Below the pieces are notes generated by a model. It did no database searches, had not been told where the DNA came from, and saw nothing but the letters and a program-made list of their open reading frames with translations. Below, in pieces: positions 37,296 to 49,794 of a stretch of DNA of 64,000 bases; the first letter of the stretch is position 1, and each line of letters begins with the position of its first letter. Origin of the DNA: Chiloscyllium plagiosum. Its lineage: Eukaryota. The position numbers were made by a program, and so were the translations under genes. The stretch covers positions 103,729,963 to 103,793,962 of the forward strand of contig NC_057718.1 of the NCBI RefSeq assembly GCF_004010195.1. Direction: 5' to 3'.

Positions 37296-37660
37296 NNNNN
37301 NNNNNNNNNNNNNNNNNNNNNNNNNNNNNNNNNNNNNNNNNNNNNNNNNNNNNNNNNNNNNNNNNNNNNNNNNNNNNNNNNNNNNNNNNNNNNNNNNNNN
37401 NNNNNNNNNNNNNNNNNNNNNNNNNNNNNNNNNNNNNNNNNNNNNNNNNNNNNNNNNNNNNNNNNNNNNNNNNNNNNNNNNNNNNNNNNNNNNNNNNNNN
37501 NNNNNNNNNNNNNNNNNNNNNNNNNNNNNNNNNNNNNNNNNNNNNNNNNNNNNNNNNNNNNNNNNNNNNNNNNNNNNNNNNNNNNNNNNNNNNNNNNNNN
37601 NNNNNNNNNNNNNNNNNNNNNNNNNNNNNNNNNNNNNNNNNNNNNNNNNNNNNNNNNNNN
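37296..37660. other. Assembly gap (365 N)
   Basis: Run of N. Confidence 1.
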
Positions 37661-37721
37661 CTCTCTCCCCACCCCCACCCTCCTCTAGCTTATCTCTCCA
37701 CGCTTCAGGCTCTCTGCCTTT

Positions 37722-37757
37722 ATTCCTGATGAAGGGCTTTTGCCCGAAACGTCGATT
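37722..37757 (+). ncRNA. Minimal hammerhead ribozyme motif (family A)
   Basis: AUUC-CUGAUGA-A-GGGC-UUUU-GCCC-GAAAC-GUC-GAUU. Confidence 0.8.
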
Positions 37758-39183
37758 TTTGCTGCTCGTCGGATGCTGCCTGAATTGCTGTGCTCTTCCA
37801 GCACCACTAATCCAGAATCTGGTTTCCAGCATCTGCAGTCATTGTTTTTACCTCATATTGACTGGGACCTGCTGTCAGTTTAGTCCTATCAGGTTTGGAG
37901 TGACTGACCCAGCTCCGCTCTGTCATGGAGAATGTGAGGGCTCCCTGCTCAATGTTCCCATCCTCCTCCTCCTCAATAACCTCCTCCCACTCTCCCAGAT
38001 CCTCGTAGTCCATCACATCGCCCAGCCGCCTGCTGTTGTTGTACAGAGCACAGCATGCTGGGATTATACACCATACTGTGTCTGGAGCATATTGCAGGGA
38101 TCACCCCCCAGCCCCTCCTCAAACTGGTCCGAGCAGCGGAGCCCCATCCTCAGGGTTTCATCGCCTGCTCCTCCACCCCGGGGGGAGGGAGGGGGTGAGG
38201 AATGGGCAACACGGTATTTCTGCTTCACCTCAGTCAGAGGGCCGTGTAACAGAGACATCAACCATGGTCACAGAGGGCAGCTCTGATCACCCAGTAATAA
38301 GCCCTGGGAGGGACCTGCACTCTTGAATGCAGCAGGAATACAAGAATTCCCGATGTTGCAGCTCCCAGGGGTCCAGGTGCAATCTTGTCTTATATAGCAT
38401 TGGCAATCACAGATCACTTAAGCATTGATAGAGTGGACTCTTGTGCAGTAAAAGGTCTTCTGTCTTAAACAGTGGAATCATGTGGCAGTATTCTTTAGCA
38501 AATAACTCAAATTTCGAAGTTCGTCTGCTATTTGAGAAAAAGCTACCGTTCTCTTGAGTGATCACACCACATGTTTCAGCATCAGTCACTGTCTTACATG
38601 CAAGGAGTGAAAATTCTGGTTTGACTGCCCTCCCCTAACCCCGAGATGTACAGACAAGTTATCACATTATTCCTGGTGCTGAGCATGAAATCATTCAACT
38701 GAACAAGGAGAAACCCAAGTCTCAAAACTTGTAACTTTCTGATCAGGATGCCTCAGTTCACTATTACGTATCACACTGATCATCTGGAGCAAGTTAATGA
38801 CCTCAGAATGTCCCAAAACTAATAAAGTAGTTTTCAAAATGCAATCATTGTCATCATGTCAGAAACATGACAGCCCTAAATTTACACAAAGCAAGATCTC
38901 AAAACCGGCAATGCGATAACTGCCAAGTATTGAGCATTTAACAATAAATTGAACACTACTTTTTTATTTTTCTGCATTTATATTCTAAGTTTTGGTTTAT
39001 TTTTCTCTGTTTTAAAATGGAGCTGGAGAATGGCAACACTGTACAACACATTTCGCTATATTTTATATAAAAAAATACACATGACAATTAATAAAATAAA
39101 TTAAAATTTAAAAAAAGTTGGTCGGCCTGGACCAGTTTGGGCCAAACACCTGTCTCCGTGCTGTAGGACTCTAAGTTAATCTG

Positions 39184-39385
39184 GTTATAGTCCAACAGGT
39201 TTAATTGGAAGCACACTAGCTTTTGGAGCAATGCTCCTTCATCAGGTGATTGTCAACCACCTGACGAAGGAGTGTCGCTCTGAAAGCTAGTGTGCTTCCA
39301 ATTAAACCTGTTGGACTATAACCTGGTGTTGTGTGATTTTTAACTTTGTACACCCCAGCCCAACACCGGCATCTCCAAATCATGA
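39184..39385. mobile_element. Palindromic PLE family-B insertion with 13-bp TSD
   Basis: TSD ctaagttaatctg at 39171-39183 and 39386-39398. ~70-bp arms inverted about 39253. Confidence 0.88.
39258..39292 (+). ncRNA. Minimal hammerhead ribozyme motif (family B)
   Basis: CAC-CUGACGA-A-GGAGU-guc-GCUCU-GAAAG-CUA-GUG: stem I CAC/GUG, palindromic AGCU, CUA triplet. Confidence 0.65.
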
Positions 39386-39957
39386 CTAAGTTAATCTGTT
39401 TTTGTTGATGCATATTGAGGAATAAGTGTTGGTGAGGACACTGGGGATCACTGTCTTTGAAAGTGGGATTTTAACTCCTATGTCAGAAAACAGAAGGGAT
39501 TTTGGTTTAATGCCAGAACCAAGAGGCAGCACTTCCATCAGGGTGGCACTCCCTCAGTACTGTCTGCCCAGATTTCCCTGCTCAATTCCCTGGAGATGAA
39601 CTTTGAAATTAGCACTTCTCTCCAGCAACATGAATGTGGTGTTACCACCTGAACTGGGGCGGACAAAACACCATCGATCAAACATACGGATAAGCTGCTG
39701 ATTTGGATCAGTGATGCATAAACTTGGCAAGCAGTAGTAGCCTTTCATGTACAGCACATAGCTGATACTTTCTTTCATATTAAAACCCATTCAATCAAAC
39801 AAACCTGTTCTTGAATCTTCAACTGAAGCTCTGGGTGATTAAAGAGCTCAAAGCTCTACACATTGAACTCCCTGATAAAAAAGGCCATACTTACTGACCC
39901 CAAGGTTCAGTTATAAGCTTCCACTGTCATCCAGAAAGTTTGTCACTATCTGAATAA

Positions 39958-41810
39958 AGTTGAAAATCACACAACATCAAGTTATAGCCCAACAGGTGTA
40001 TTTGGAAGCACTAGCTTTTGGAGCGTTGTTCCTTCATCAGATGACTAGTGGGGCAGGATCATAGGACACAGAATTTATAGTAAAAGATCACAGTGTCATA
40101 CAACCGATGCGATGTATTGAACAAACCCAGATTGCTGTTGAGTGAGTGTATCAGTGTAATCGTGTTTAAGAGTGTGTGAGCATGAGTGAGAGTGTGTAGT
40201 GCAGTGTGAAATGAACCCAAGGTCCCAGTTGAGGCCATCCCCATGGGTACTGAATTTGGCTATCAGCCTCTGCTCGGCCACTCTGCGCTGTTGCGTATCC
40301 CGAAGTCCACCTTGGAGGATGGTCACCCATTCTAAGTGATTAAAGATTTAACAGAATTCTAGGTTTGTTCAATACATTGCGTCATAGAGTCATAGAGCTG
40401 TACAGCACGGAAACAGACCCTTCGGTTCAACTCATCCATGCCAACTAGATATCCCAACCCAATCTAATCCTATTTGCCAGCACTTGGCCCATATCTCTCT
40501 AAACCCTTCCTATTCATATCCAGATGCCTTTTAAATGCTGTAATTGTATCAGCCTCCACCACTTCCACTGGCAGCTCCTTCCATACACGTACCACCATCT
40601 GCATGAAAAAGTTGTCCCTTAGGTCCCTTTTAAATCTTTCCCCTGTCACCCTAAACCTATCTCTAGTTCTTGACTGCCCCACCCCAGGGAAAATATCTCT
40701 TCCAATTACTCTATCCATTACCCTCATGATTTTATAAATCTCTATAAGGTCACCCCTCAGCTCTGACACTCCAGGGAAAACAACCCCGGCCTATTCAACC
40801 TGTCCATACAGCTCAAATCCTCCAACCCTGGCAATAAATCTTTTCTGAACCCTTTCAAGTTTCACAACATCCTTCCGATAGGAAGGAGACCAAAATTGCA
40901 TGCAATCTTCCAAAAGTGGCCTAACCAATGCCCTGTACAACCGCAACATGATGTCCCAACTCCTGTACTCAATACTCTGACCAATAAAGGAAAGCATACC
41001 AAATGCCTTCTTCACTATCCTATCTACCTGGGACTCTACTTTCAAGGAACAATGAACCTGCACTCCAAGGTCTCTTTGTTCATCAACACTCCCCAGGGCC
41101 CTACCATTAAGTGTATAAGTCCTGCTCTGATTTGCTTTTCCAAAATGCAGCACCTTGTATTTATCTAAATTAACTCCACCTGCCCTCTCCTTGGCCCATT
41201 GGCTCATCTGATCAAGATCCTGTTGTAATCTATGGTAACCTTCTTTGCTGTCCACTACACCTCCAATTTTGGTGTCATCTGCAAACTTAATAACTGTACC
41301 TCCTTTGTTCACATCCAAATCATTTATATAATTGAAGAAAAGCATTAGACCCAGCACCGATCCTTGTGACACTCCACTGGTCACAGGCCTCCAGTCTAAA
41401 ATGCAACCCTCCACCACCACCCTCTGCCTTCTACCTTTGAGCCAGTTCTGTATCCAAATGGCTAGTTCTCCCTGTATTCCATGAGATCTAACCTTGCTAA
41501 TCGGTCTACCATGGGGAACCTTGTCAAATGCCTTACTGATTTCATATAGATCATGTCCACCACTCTGCCCTCATCAATCCTCTTTGTTACTTCTTCCAAA
41601 AACTCAATGAAGTTCATAAGACATGATTTCTAACACTTTGATCTTTTGGCATAAATTCTGTGCCCTGTGATCCTGCCCCACTAACTACCAGGTGAAGGAA
41701 TAGTGCTCTGAAAGCTAGTACTTCCAAATAAACATGTTGGATTATAACCTGGTGATATGTGAGTTTTAACTTCGTCCACCCCAGTGCATCACCAGCACCT
41801 CCAAACCATG
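39958..41810. mobile_element. PLE family-B insertion with inverted 5' part and GIY-YIG C-terminus, interrupted by a CR1
   Basis: TSD actatctgaataa at 39945-39957 and 41811-41823. Minus strand 40205-40326 encodes TILQGGLRDTQQRRVAEQRLIAKFSTHGDGLN. Terminal repeats are in opposite orientation at the two ends. Confidence 0.85.
40382..41630 (-). mobile_element. CR1/HER1 LINE RT to 3' end
   Basis: ORF 40791-41420 'WRPVTSGVSQGSVLG...KFADDTKIGG...RDLGV...FWSPSYRKD'. Confidence 0.95.
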
Positions 41811-42859
41811 ACTATCTGAATAAGCAGCTGGATGTAACTCCACGTACTTAGTAGGAGGTGAACCTTATCCCATCACTGAACTGGAAAGTTATTCCTGCTT
41901 CTAACACCATTTACCTTAGAATGTTTTTTTTTAATGTTGGAAGCTAATACTAACACCTGCACAAATATCTGAGCAGCTTACGGCAGCAATGATTGCTTAT
42001 TTTGTGTTCAATATTGGAAAGAATATGTTGCTTTGACTCTTCATTATTTGCAGGAACTACCTTATCTTACATCGAATCCATTAGGCATCTGCAGCTCTTC
42101 ATTTGTAGAATCATCGAAATTTACAGCATAGAAGGAGGCTGCTCCCCCTCCAACTCTATTTTGATTTAATCGCTAACCCCCTCCCCCTCGCTTCACTTCC
42201 TTCATGTGAGCATTGCCTTTACCAGACTTTACTTCGTACTGGTTTCCTGGTGGTGGAAATAATGAATAAAGTTTTTTGTACACGGTGTCTTTACTGAGTC
42301 ACTGCACACGTGCGTACACACACACACACACCTCTGTGGGGGAAGAATAAACACCACTGCTGTGCAGTGGCAGTGCTGCAGGAAAAATATAGAAGAAGGC
42401 CATTTGGCCCTTTATCAGCCATGGTTGCATTTTCTAAGAGTAGCCATGCCGAATCCAACACTGCATTTTTTATTCAATGTCATGTATCATTTGTTTGTGC
42501 TGTTCAAACTCCAAAACTGTGCTCACAGGCCACACTCAATTAACATTTCCACCAGTCCCTTGGCTTGTTTTGAAAGATCTCAGCATGATATAAAAAATAA
42601 ATCAATATTTTACCAACTACAGCAATATTTGCATTTATTTCCCAGCTTTAATGAGGCAAAACCTTCAAGGAGCGATTACCGCACTGTTCGACACAGAGCT
42701 ACATAACCAGGTATTGGATCAATGATCAAAGGCTTGGTCAGTGAGATAGGCTTTGAAGCTGGAGGTTGGCCCAGAGGGGGTCTCCAAAGGTAGGTGGATG
42801 AATGTGGGGTCGGGGTGTGCGGGAAGGAGCTGGATGTTTCCTCTGTGTGCTCTCCCATG

Positions 42860-43008
42860 AGAGAGACGACTGATCGTGGTTTAACCTAAGGATCACTACA
42901 TCTCAGCAGAGGGACAATCCCTCATGGTAATCTCAGCCGGTGCAGGGAATTGAACCCATGCTGCTGGTATCACTCATTAGTCATCCAGCCAACTGAACTA
43001 ACCAAACC
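42860..43008 (-). mobile_element. Short tRNA-headed SINE (third family)
   Basis: Antisense head 'ggttagttcagttggctggatg...gggttcaattccc' and 'ggtttaacct.agg.tcac' tail. Related pieces at 15415-15500, 43760-43880 and 60390-60570 (+). Confidence 0.6.
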
Positions 43009-43239
43009 CTTTTAAAAAAACTAAACATTAAATAACAAAGGAAAATTGGATCAACGCTGAAAGGGAAAGAAAATAAAAGGACACAGGGAAAGAACAGAGA
43101 GGTGGGATACCAAAGAGCTCATGGAGGTACAATGGGATTGGTTTGTCACCTTCTTTAATTCTAAGTTATGAAAGATCGACCTAATTGCAATTTGTTGAGG
43201 GTTGAAAGTTCAGTATACCTTTGTAACATTTGAGAGGTT

Positions 43240-43522
43240 AGGTTTAGATTAGATTCCCTACAGCGTGGAAACAGGCCCAACAAGTCCACATCAACCCTCC
43301 GAAGAGTAACCCACCCTGACCCATTTCCCTCTGACTAATGCACCTAACACTATGGGCAATTTAGCATGGCCAATTCACTTGACCTGCACATCTTTGGATT
43401 GAGGGAGGAAACCCATGCAGACATGGGGAGAATGTGCAAACTCCACACAGATAGGCTGGAATCGAAGCTGGGACCCTGGTGCTGTGAGGCAGCAGTGCTA
43501 ACCACTGAGTCACCATCCTACC
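43240..43522 (-). mobile_element. HE1-type V-SINE
   Basis: HE1 head, core and tail. Confidence 0.9.
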
Positions 43523-43995
43523 CCAGGTTCTACAGTGCAAAAACACTGGCTAGTTCCATGGAAATGGTATTTCTACTTTGTGTGCTAAGAAGGGGAAGAC
43601 ATGGTTTTAGTTTAATTTTAGTTTGACCCTGTGAGTGATGATGATTTGCATGTCTTTAAATCCTATGGTGAACAGCTCTGTGCTTTAGGAAAGAAAAGGT
43701 AAGAGAACAAAAGAAAAGCTGCTGTTCCATAGTTACAAGGATTCCAGTGATAAAGGGCTGCTCTCTCAGACAGAGGGAGAGACTTGGGAGGGAGTGTGTG
43801 TGTTTACCTGAGAGTTACTGTGGTTCAGGGTGAGGGGAGAGATTGAGAAGGAGAGTCCTTCATGATAACCCCAGTCAGTAACAAAATCATTTCATATAGT
43901 ATGTCTATCGTATGGTATAGTGACAGTGACAGTGAAGGAATGGCAATATATTTCCAACTCAGGTTGGTGAATGACTTGGAGGGGAAGTTGCAGGG

Positions 43996-44283
43996 TTAGA
44001 TTAGATTACCTAGCCTAGATTACTTACAGTGAGGAAACAGGCCCTTCGGCTCAACAAGTCCACACCGACCCGTTAAAGCGCAACCCACCCAGACTCATTC
44101 CCCTACATTTACCCCTTCACCTAACACTACAGGCAATTTACCATGGCCAATTCACCTAACCTGCACATTTTTGGATTGTGGGAGGAAACCGGAGCACCTG
44201 GAGGAAACCCACACAGGCACGGGAAGAATGTGCAAACTCCACACAGACAGTTGCCTGAGGCAGGAATTGAACCCGGGTCTCTG
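43996..44283 (-). mobile_element. HE1-type V-SINE (5'-truncated) inside an old LINE fragment (43925-44560)
   Basis: HE1 core and tail. The flanks match the 29230 family. Confidence 0.85.
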
Positions 44284-44964
44284 AGTTGTGCCTTGTAGAT
44301 GGTGGACAGGCTTTGGGGAGTCAGGAGGTGAGCTACTTACACATGTACTCCTGACCTGCTCTTGTAGCCACTGTGTTTATATGGCAGTTCTGTTGAGTTC
44401 ACTTGAGTTTCTGGTCAATGGTAACCTCGGTGATGTTGATAGTGGGGTATTTAGTGTGTTAACATGGTAAGTGTGAAGGAGCGGTGGTTGGATTGTCTCT
44501 TACTGGAGATGGGGATCGCCGAGCATTTCTATGGCACAAATGTTACTTTCAACTTGCTCTTTGCCAGATTCATAGTGAATTCTAATTTCACCATCTGTTA
44601 TGCTGGGATTGGAACTCATTCCCCCAAAGCATTGATCTGGGGTTCTGGATTGCGAGTTCAGAGTCCACATCATGGCATCACCACCTCCCCCTGTAGGCCT
44701 GGGACAGTAATTACAGCTCTCGATTCATACTCTGTGGTGACTTTCATCCTGGTTAGGACTGTGGGCACAGCGTGTTCCTTCTGTTCCAAGTTGTCAACAT
44801 GCAGTGGCGTGGTGCTAAGACATGGTCAGGTAGTCACACCAGTGGACTTTACTGTATCCAAAGTGAAATTCTTTCTAGAACAGCTGCTTGATTGCAGTGC
44901 CCGTTTAATACCCAGGTACTGTAGTTAGCTGAATATCCACACCACTACACTTATAATTTCATAA

Positions 44965-46135
44965 AAATGTAGGAACCATGAGCATGAGGAGACCATTTGG
45001 CCCATTGAGACGGCACCACTGTTTAATATGATCATGGATGATCTTGTCTTTCAGCTCTATTTTCCCACATGCTCCTCCTATATCTCAATTCCCTAGGAGA
45101 CCAAAAATCATACTTCCTGAACATAAGTGTGTTCAATGTTAGAAACTCCATACTCCTCTAGAGTAGAGAATTCCAAAAATTCATGACCCTCGAGGCCAGA
45201 CTGTTCAGAAGAGATGTTAGGAAGAACTTCTACACACAAAGGGTGGGAGAGATTTGGAATTCTCTTCCACAAATGGCAGTGGATGCTGGATCAGTTGTTA
45301 GTTTCAAATGTAAGATAGTTTTTTTTTTTGCTCAAACGATTATCTTAAGGCACATGGGCCAAAGGCAGGTAGTTAGGACACGGATCAGCCAGGATCTCAT
45401 TGAATGGCAGAACAGGCTTGAGGGGCTGAATGGCCTCCTCCTGTTCCTACATCCCTTTGTGTGAACCAACCTTCCTTCACCTTACTCCAAAATGATGAGT
45501 CCCTTATCCTGAAATTGTATCCCCCATGTTCTAAATTCCCCAGCCAGGGGAGAAAATGTCTTAGTGTTGACCCTGTCCAGCCCATTCATTATTCTGAATG
45601 CTTGAATGAGATTGCCACTTATTCTGCTAAAACCCCAAGAATATTGACCTGATTTACTCAGCCTCTCATCAGAGGAGCACAGTCTCATTCCAGGAACCAA
45701 TCTAGTGAGAATGCTGGAAAATCCCACTGGATTTGGCAGCATCTGTGGAGGGAAAGTAAAACCAACATTTCGAATCTAGTGACCCCCTTCAGAACAATCT
45801 AGTGAGACTTCAGTTTACTGTGTCCAATGCAAGTGAATCCTTTCTGAAATACAGAGACCAAAACAGCTCATGGTATTCCACAAGTTGTCTTACTAAGGCC
45901 CTGTACAATTTTAGCAAGTTACTTCTATTCTTGTATTCCCAGTCTTTTGTAATAAAGCCCATCATGCTCGTTGCTTTCCTAATTACTTGCTACACCTGCA
46001 TACTAATCCTTTGTGTTCCTTATCGGAACACATCCCACTCTCTCTCAACAACAAGTTTCATGCCTCTAAAAAAAGTTCTGATTTTCTATTTGTGTGACCA
46101 ATTCGACACTATCTGCCACTCATGGCTCTCTCTGA
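44965..46135 (-). mobile_element. Old CR1 fragment with nested plus-strand CR1 3' piece (~45196-45452) and PLE family-C piece (~45710-45795)
   Basis: Antisense CR1 peptides on both sides; 'FRRDVRKNFYTQRVGEIWNSLPQ' on the plus strand. Confidence 0.8.
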
Positions 46136-46510
46136 GTCTCTTTGCAGTCTCTCTCTCAGTGTGTACTATAAGTGAAGCTTAGACACAAACACTCGCATTG
46201 CTGACATCAATTCTCACACGGGAACGTAAGTGTAACAATCAAGGCTGAAATTGCAGTGCCTGCCTTAGGCAGTGTTATCCGTCATGGCTGCAGTGTTGTG
46301 TAAAAAATACCAAAAATGTGCCTCATTTTTCAGCTCAGGTCTTATAGCAAGAAGAGGAGGGGAGTTCGCCCGACTATCTGTCAATCAGCATCCCATTGTT
46401 GTTTGTGGGATCTTGCTGTGTGCAAATTGGCTCTGTATTTCCTACATTACAACTGTGACCCCACCTCAAAAAGTACTCCATTGGGTTTGCAACACTTTGG
46501 GAAGTTCAGT

Positions 46511-47350
46511 GTCATAGAGTCATAGCGATGTACAGCACGGAAACAGACCCTTCAGTCCAACTCGTCCATGCCGACCAGATATCCCAACCCAACCTAGTCC
46601 CACCTGCCAGCACCTCTTCTCTATCCTATCTATTTGCAACTCTACTTTCAAGGAACTATGAACCTGTACTCCAAGGTTTCTATATTCAGCAACACTCCCT
46701 AGGACCTTACCATTAAACGCATAAGTCCTTCTAAGATTTGCTTTCCCAAAATGCAGCATCTCGCATTTATCTAAATTAAACTCCATTTGTCACTTCTCAG
46801 CCCATTTGGCCCATCTGGTCAAGATCCTGTTGTAATCTGAGGTAACCCTCTTCGCTGTCCACTACACCTCCAATTTTGGTGTCATCTGCAAACTTACTAA
46901 CTATACCTCTTACGCTCACACTCAAATCATTTACATAAATGATGAAAAGTAGTGGACCCAGCACTGATCCTTGTGGCACTCCACTGGTCACGGGCCTCCA
47001 GTCTGAAAACAATCCTCCAGCACCATCCTCTGTCTTCTACCTTTGAGCCAGTTCTGTATCCAAATGGCTAGTTCTTCCTGTATTCCATGAGCTCCAACCT
47101 TACTAACCAGTCTCCCATGGGGAACCTTGTTGAATGCCTTACTGAAGTCCATATAGATCATGTCCATCACTTTGCCCTCATCAATCTTCTTTGTTACTTC
47201 TTCAAAAAACTCAATTAAGTTTGTAAGACATGATTTCCCATGCACAAAACCATGTTGACTATCTCTAATCAGTCCTTGCCTTTCCAAATACATGTACATC
47301 TATCCCTCAGGATTCCCTCCAACAACTTGCCCACCACTGACATCAGGCTC
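46511..47350 (-). mobile_element. CR1/HER1 LINE RT fragment with internal deletion joining RT to the 3' UTR
   Basis: 'SQHGFVHGKSCLTNLIEFFEEV', 'SGVPQGSVLGPLLF', 'KFADDTK'. The sequence jumps to the 3' UTR at ~46615. Confidence 0.93.
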
Positions 47351-48133
47351 TGGCTGTGGAAAGTGCTATACAAATGCAAGTCTTCCCCTTTTGTTACTTT
47401 GCTATCTGCAGATTTTGTTTCCTCTTCTTCTTTGTCTAGTTGGCTACATCTGATTTGCTGCATATCTGAAAGAAGTGCCCCCCATCCACCCCCAAGAGGT
47501 CAAACTACCTCAACGGGATATTTGTACTTATTCACATTCCCTCAGGATGCAAGGGAACTCGGGAATTTTTAAACTCTGATTCACTACGAAAATTACAGTA
47601 CGCTGATGCTAAAACACACTTTAAAATGACCTCATTAATATGCATTGAGCAGCATGAAAAACTACTTAGTGCCATCAAATGAAACAGGTGAATCAGTACT
47701 TTGATATCCTGAAATGCAGCCGACAGATGGAAACGCAATAGAGTTTAGCCCATTTTAATAAAGGACCCATTGCAGTCTGAAGCGAAACTATGGGAATATC
47801 ATAGAAAACCAGCTCATAAACAGCGTCCCTGGATTTAACTAAAACAAGAATCGTGCAGCCAAGAAAATGGGCTTCGATGCAAAAGGAAATACTGTACTCT
47901 TGAAACAACTAATTACATTAATGAACAGTTGGGGCCCTCCAGCTTATTCAGCTACTCAGGCTGTGCCTCATACTTTGGCTAAATCCCAACACTCAACCTG
48001 GCACAAATTATATTGCCTTCATTACAGCCATAACATCTACCATTGAAAGCACTACCTTTTGAGCAAAATGCAATGCCTCGACAGTCAAACAGGTTAAATC
48101 TACCTTTGATCTTAAAGCAAGGGCTTACTCTCA

Positions 48134-48202
48134 TACACGCACATACGCACACACACGCGCACACTCATGCACACGCACACAGGCACACACAGATACACAC
48201 AC
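48134..48202. repeat. Degenerate (CA/CG)n microsatellite
   Basis: Alternating purine-pyrimidine tract. Confidence 0.85.
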
Positions 48203-48296
48203 TTCAAAAAAAGGCCATTAGGATACAAAACAATTTTTGCAAATTAATAAAATCTGCTTCTGAAAGCCATAGTGATGGAGACCCTTAACCTCACAT

Positions 48297-48625
48297 TCAT
48301 AGAATCCCTAAGTGTGGAAGTAGGTCATTCAGCCCATCGAGTCCACACTGACCCTCCAAAGACTAAACCAACCAGATCCATTCCCCTACCCTATCACTGT
48401 AACCCTGCACATTCCTGAACACTATGGAAAATTTAGCACGGCCAATCCACCCGAACCTGCACATCTTTGGACAGTGGGAGGAAACCAGAGCACTCAGAGG
48501 AAACCCATGCAGACACGGGGAGAATGTGCAAACTCCACACAGATTGTCGCATGAGGCGGGAATTAAACCCATGTCCCTCGGGCTGTGAGGGAACATGGCT
48601 AACCAATGAGCCACCAAGCCACCCA
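48297..48625 (-). mobile_element. HE1-type V-SINE
   Basis: HE1 core, diverged head. Confidence 0.85.
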
Positions 48626-49426
48626 AATGTGCAGTTTAACAATGTGAAGAAGTAAAGAAATGACTTTATTTCAGACTTGTTCTCTGCTACATTTAACGTA
48701 AATATCACATCTCTGATCTGAAACCATCACGACAACTTGAAGCAGTTGTATTTTTGTTCAGGTTTTCCTACAGTATGCAACATAACAACAGGCCACTTGG
48801 GTCTGGGTGGTGTATGCACCTTGTGTAAATTTGACATTAAAAAGTAAATCGACACACTTCCAGCCATGGTGATCCACAGAATAGGAACTTAGCTTTAAAC
48901 CTACATCCAGTTCTATGTCTTAGACATGGGGAATGAAGCTTTTACTTGTGATAGTGATACAGGATTGACCCATAGTTTCAAGTTCCACTCCCGAGGTTTG
49001 AGCACAGGCACCTTAGACAACACCTTCCAGATGCACAACTGTTTCCACCACCTCCACTGACGGTCCATTCCAGTCACCCAGCACCCTCTGTGTGAAAGAT
49101 TGCCCCCTTCTCACCTTGAATCCATGCCCTCTTGTGATTGACCTTTCCACCCTCTGACTGTCTACCTTACCCATGCCTCTCCTAGTTTTGTAGACCTCTA
49201 TCAGGTTGCTACTCCAGCCTCTGACTTTGTTTTGTGTAATGTGAAACTTGAAACACAAACAGACCAGCCACCATTTTATTGAATGGTGGAGGACATTCAA
49301 TGCACCGAATGTCTTCCTGCTTTTCTTTCATTCGTTGGCAGGGGTTGTTGGAGGAGAGGGGTGAGGTCTGAAGGGCCACTGTGGTCTGGTGAGGGGTGGG
49401 TCAGGACTAGCATCATGGTCAATGGT

Positions 49427-49524
49427 CAAGATTAGAATGGTGCTGGAAAAGCACAGCAGGTCAGGTAGCATCCGAGGAGCAGGAAAATCGACGTTTTGGG
49501 AAAAAGCCCTGAATGAGGAATTAA
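49427..49524 (-). mobile_element. Solo PLE family-A terminal fragment with 10-bp TSD
   Basis: TSD ggtcaatggt at 49417-49426 and 49525-49534. Confidence 0.78.
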
Positions 49525-49794
49525 GGTCAATGGTTCCTGCCCCTGCCCCTCAGTAACAATGAGCCCTAGCCTGTACAGTTGAGAAACAAATTCAGAAAGT
49601 TGTTGATCCGAACTCCTAGCTTCACTTCTCTCCACAGATACTGTCTGATCTACTGAGTATTTTCATCTTTTGTTTTACTTTCCCTTTCTGCTCATGGAGT
49701 TTTAAGGAGAGTACAGAAAACAACAAAATGGCTAATAGTTGTTTGCATGTTGCCTCTATTCCATCAAAGAAATTACCTCTAATTTAACAAAGAT

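Larger units (their letters stand above)
36353..37851 (+). mobile_element. Penelope-like retroelement, 5'-truncated, 15-bp TSD, contains assembly gap
   Basis: TSD ctcatattgactggg at 36338-36352 and 37852-37866. Contains the RT ORF and a family-A terminal repeat with hammerhead. Confidence 0.93.

Noticed and set aside
36736..38286. 516-aa ORF (and the overlapping 296-aa and 151-aa ORFs)
   Set aside because: Length is an artefact of translating through the N gap. Only the PLE RT part is meaningful.
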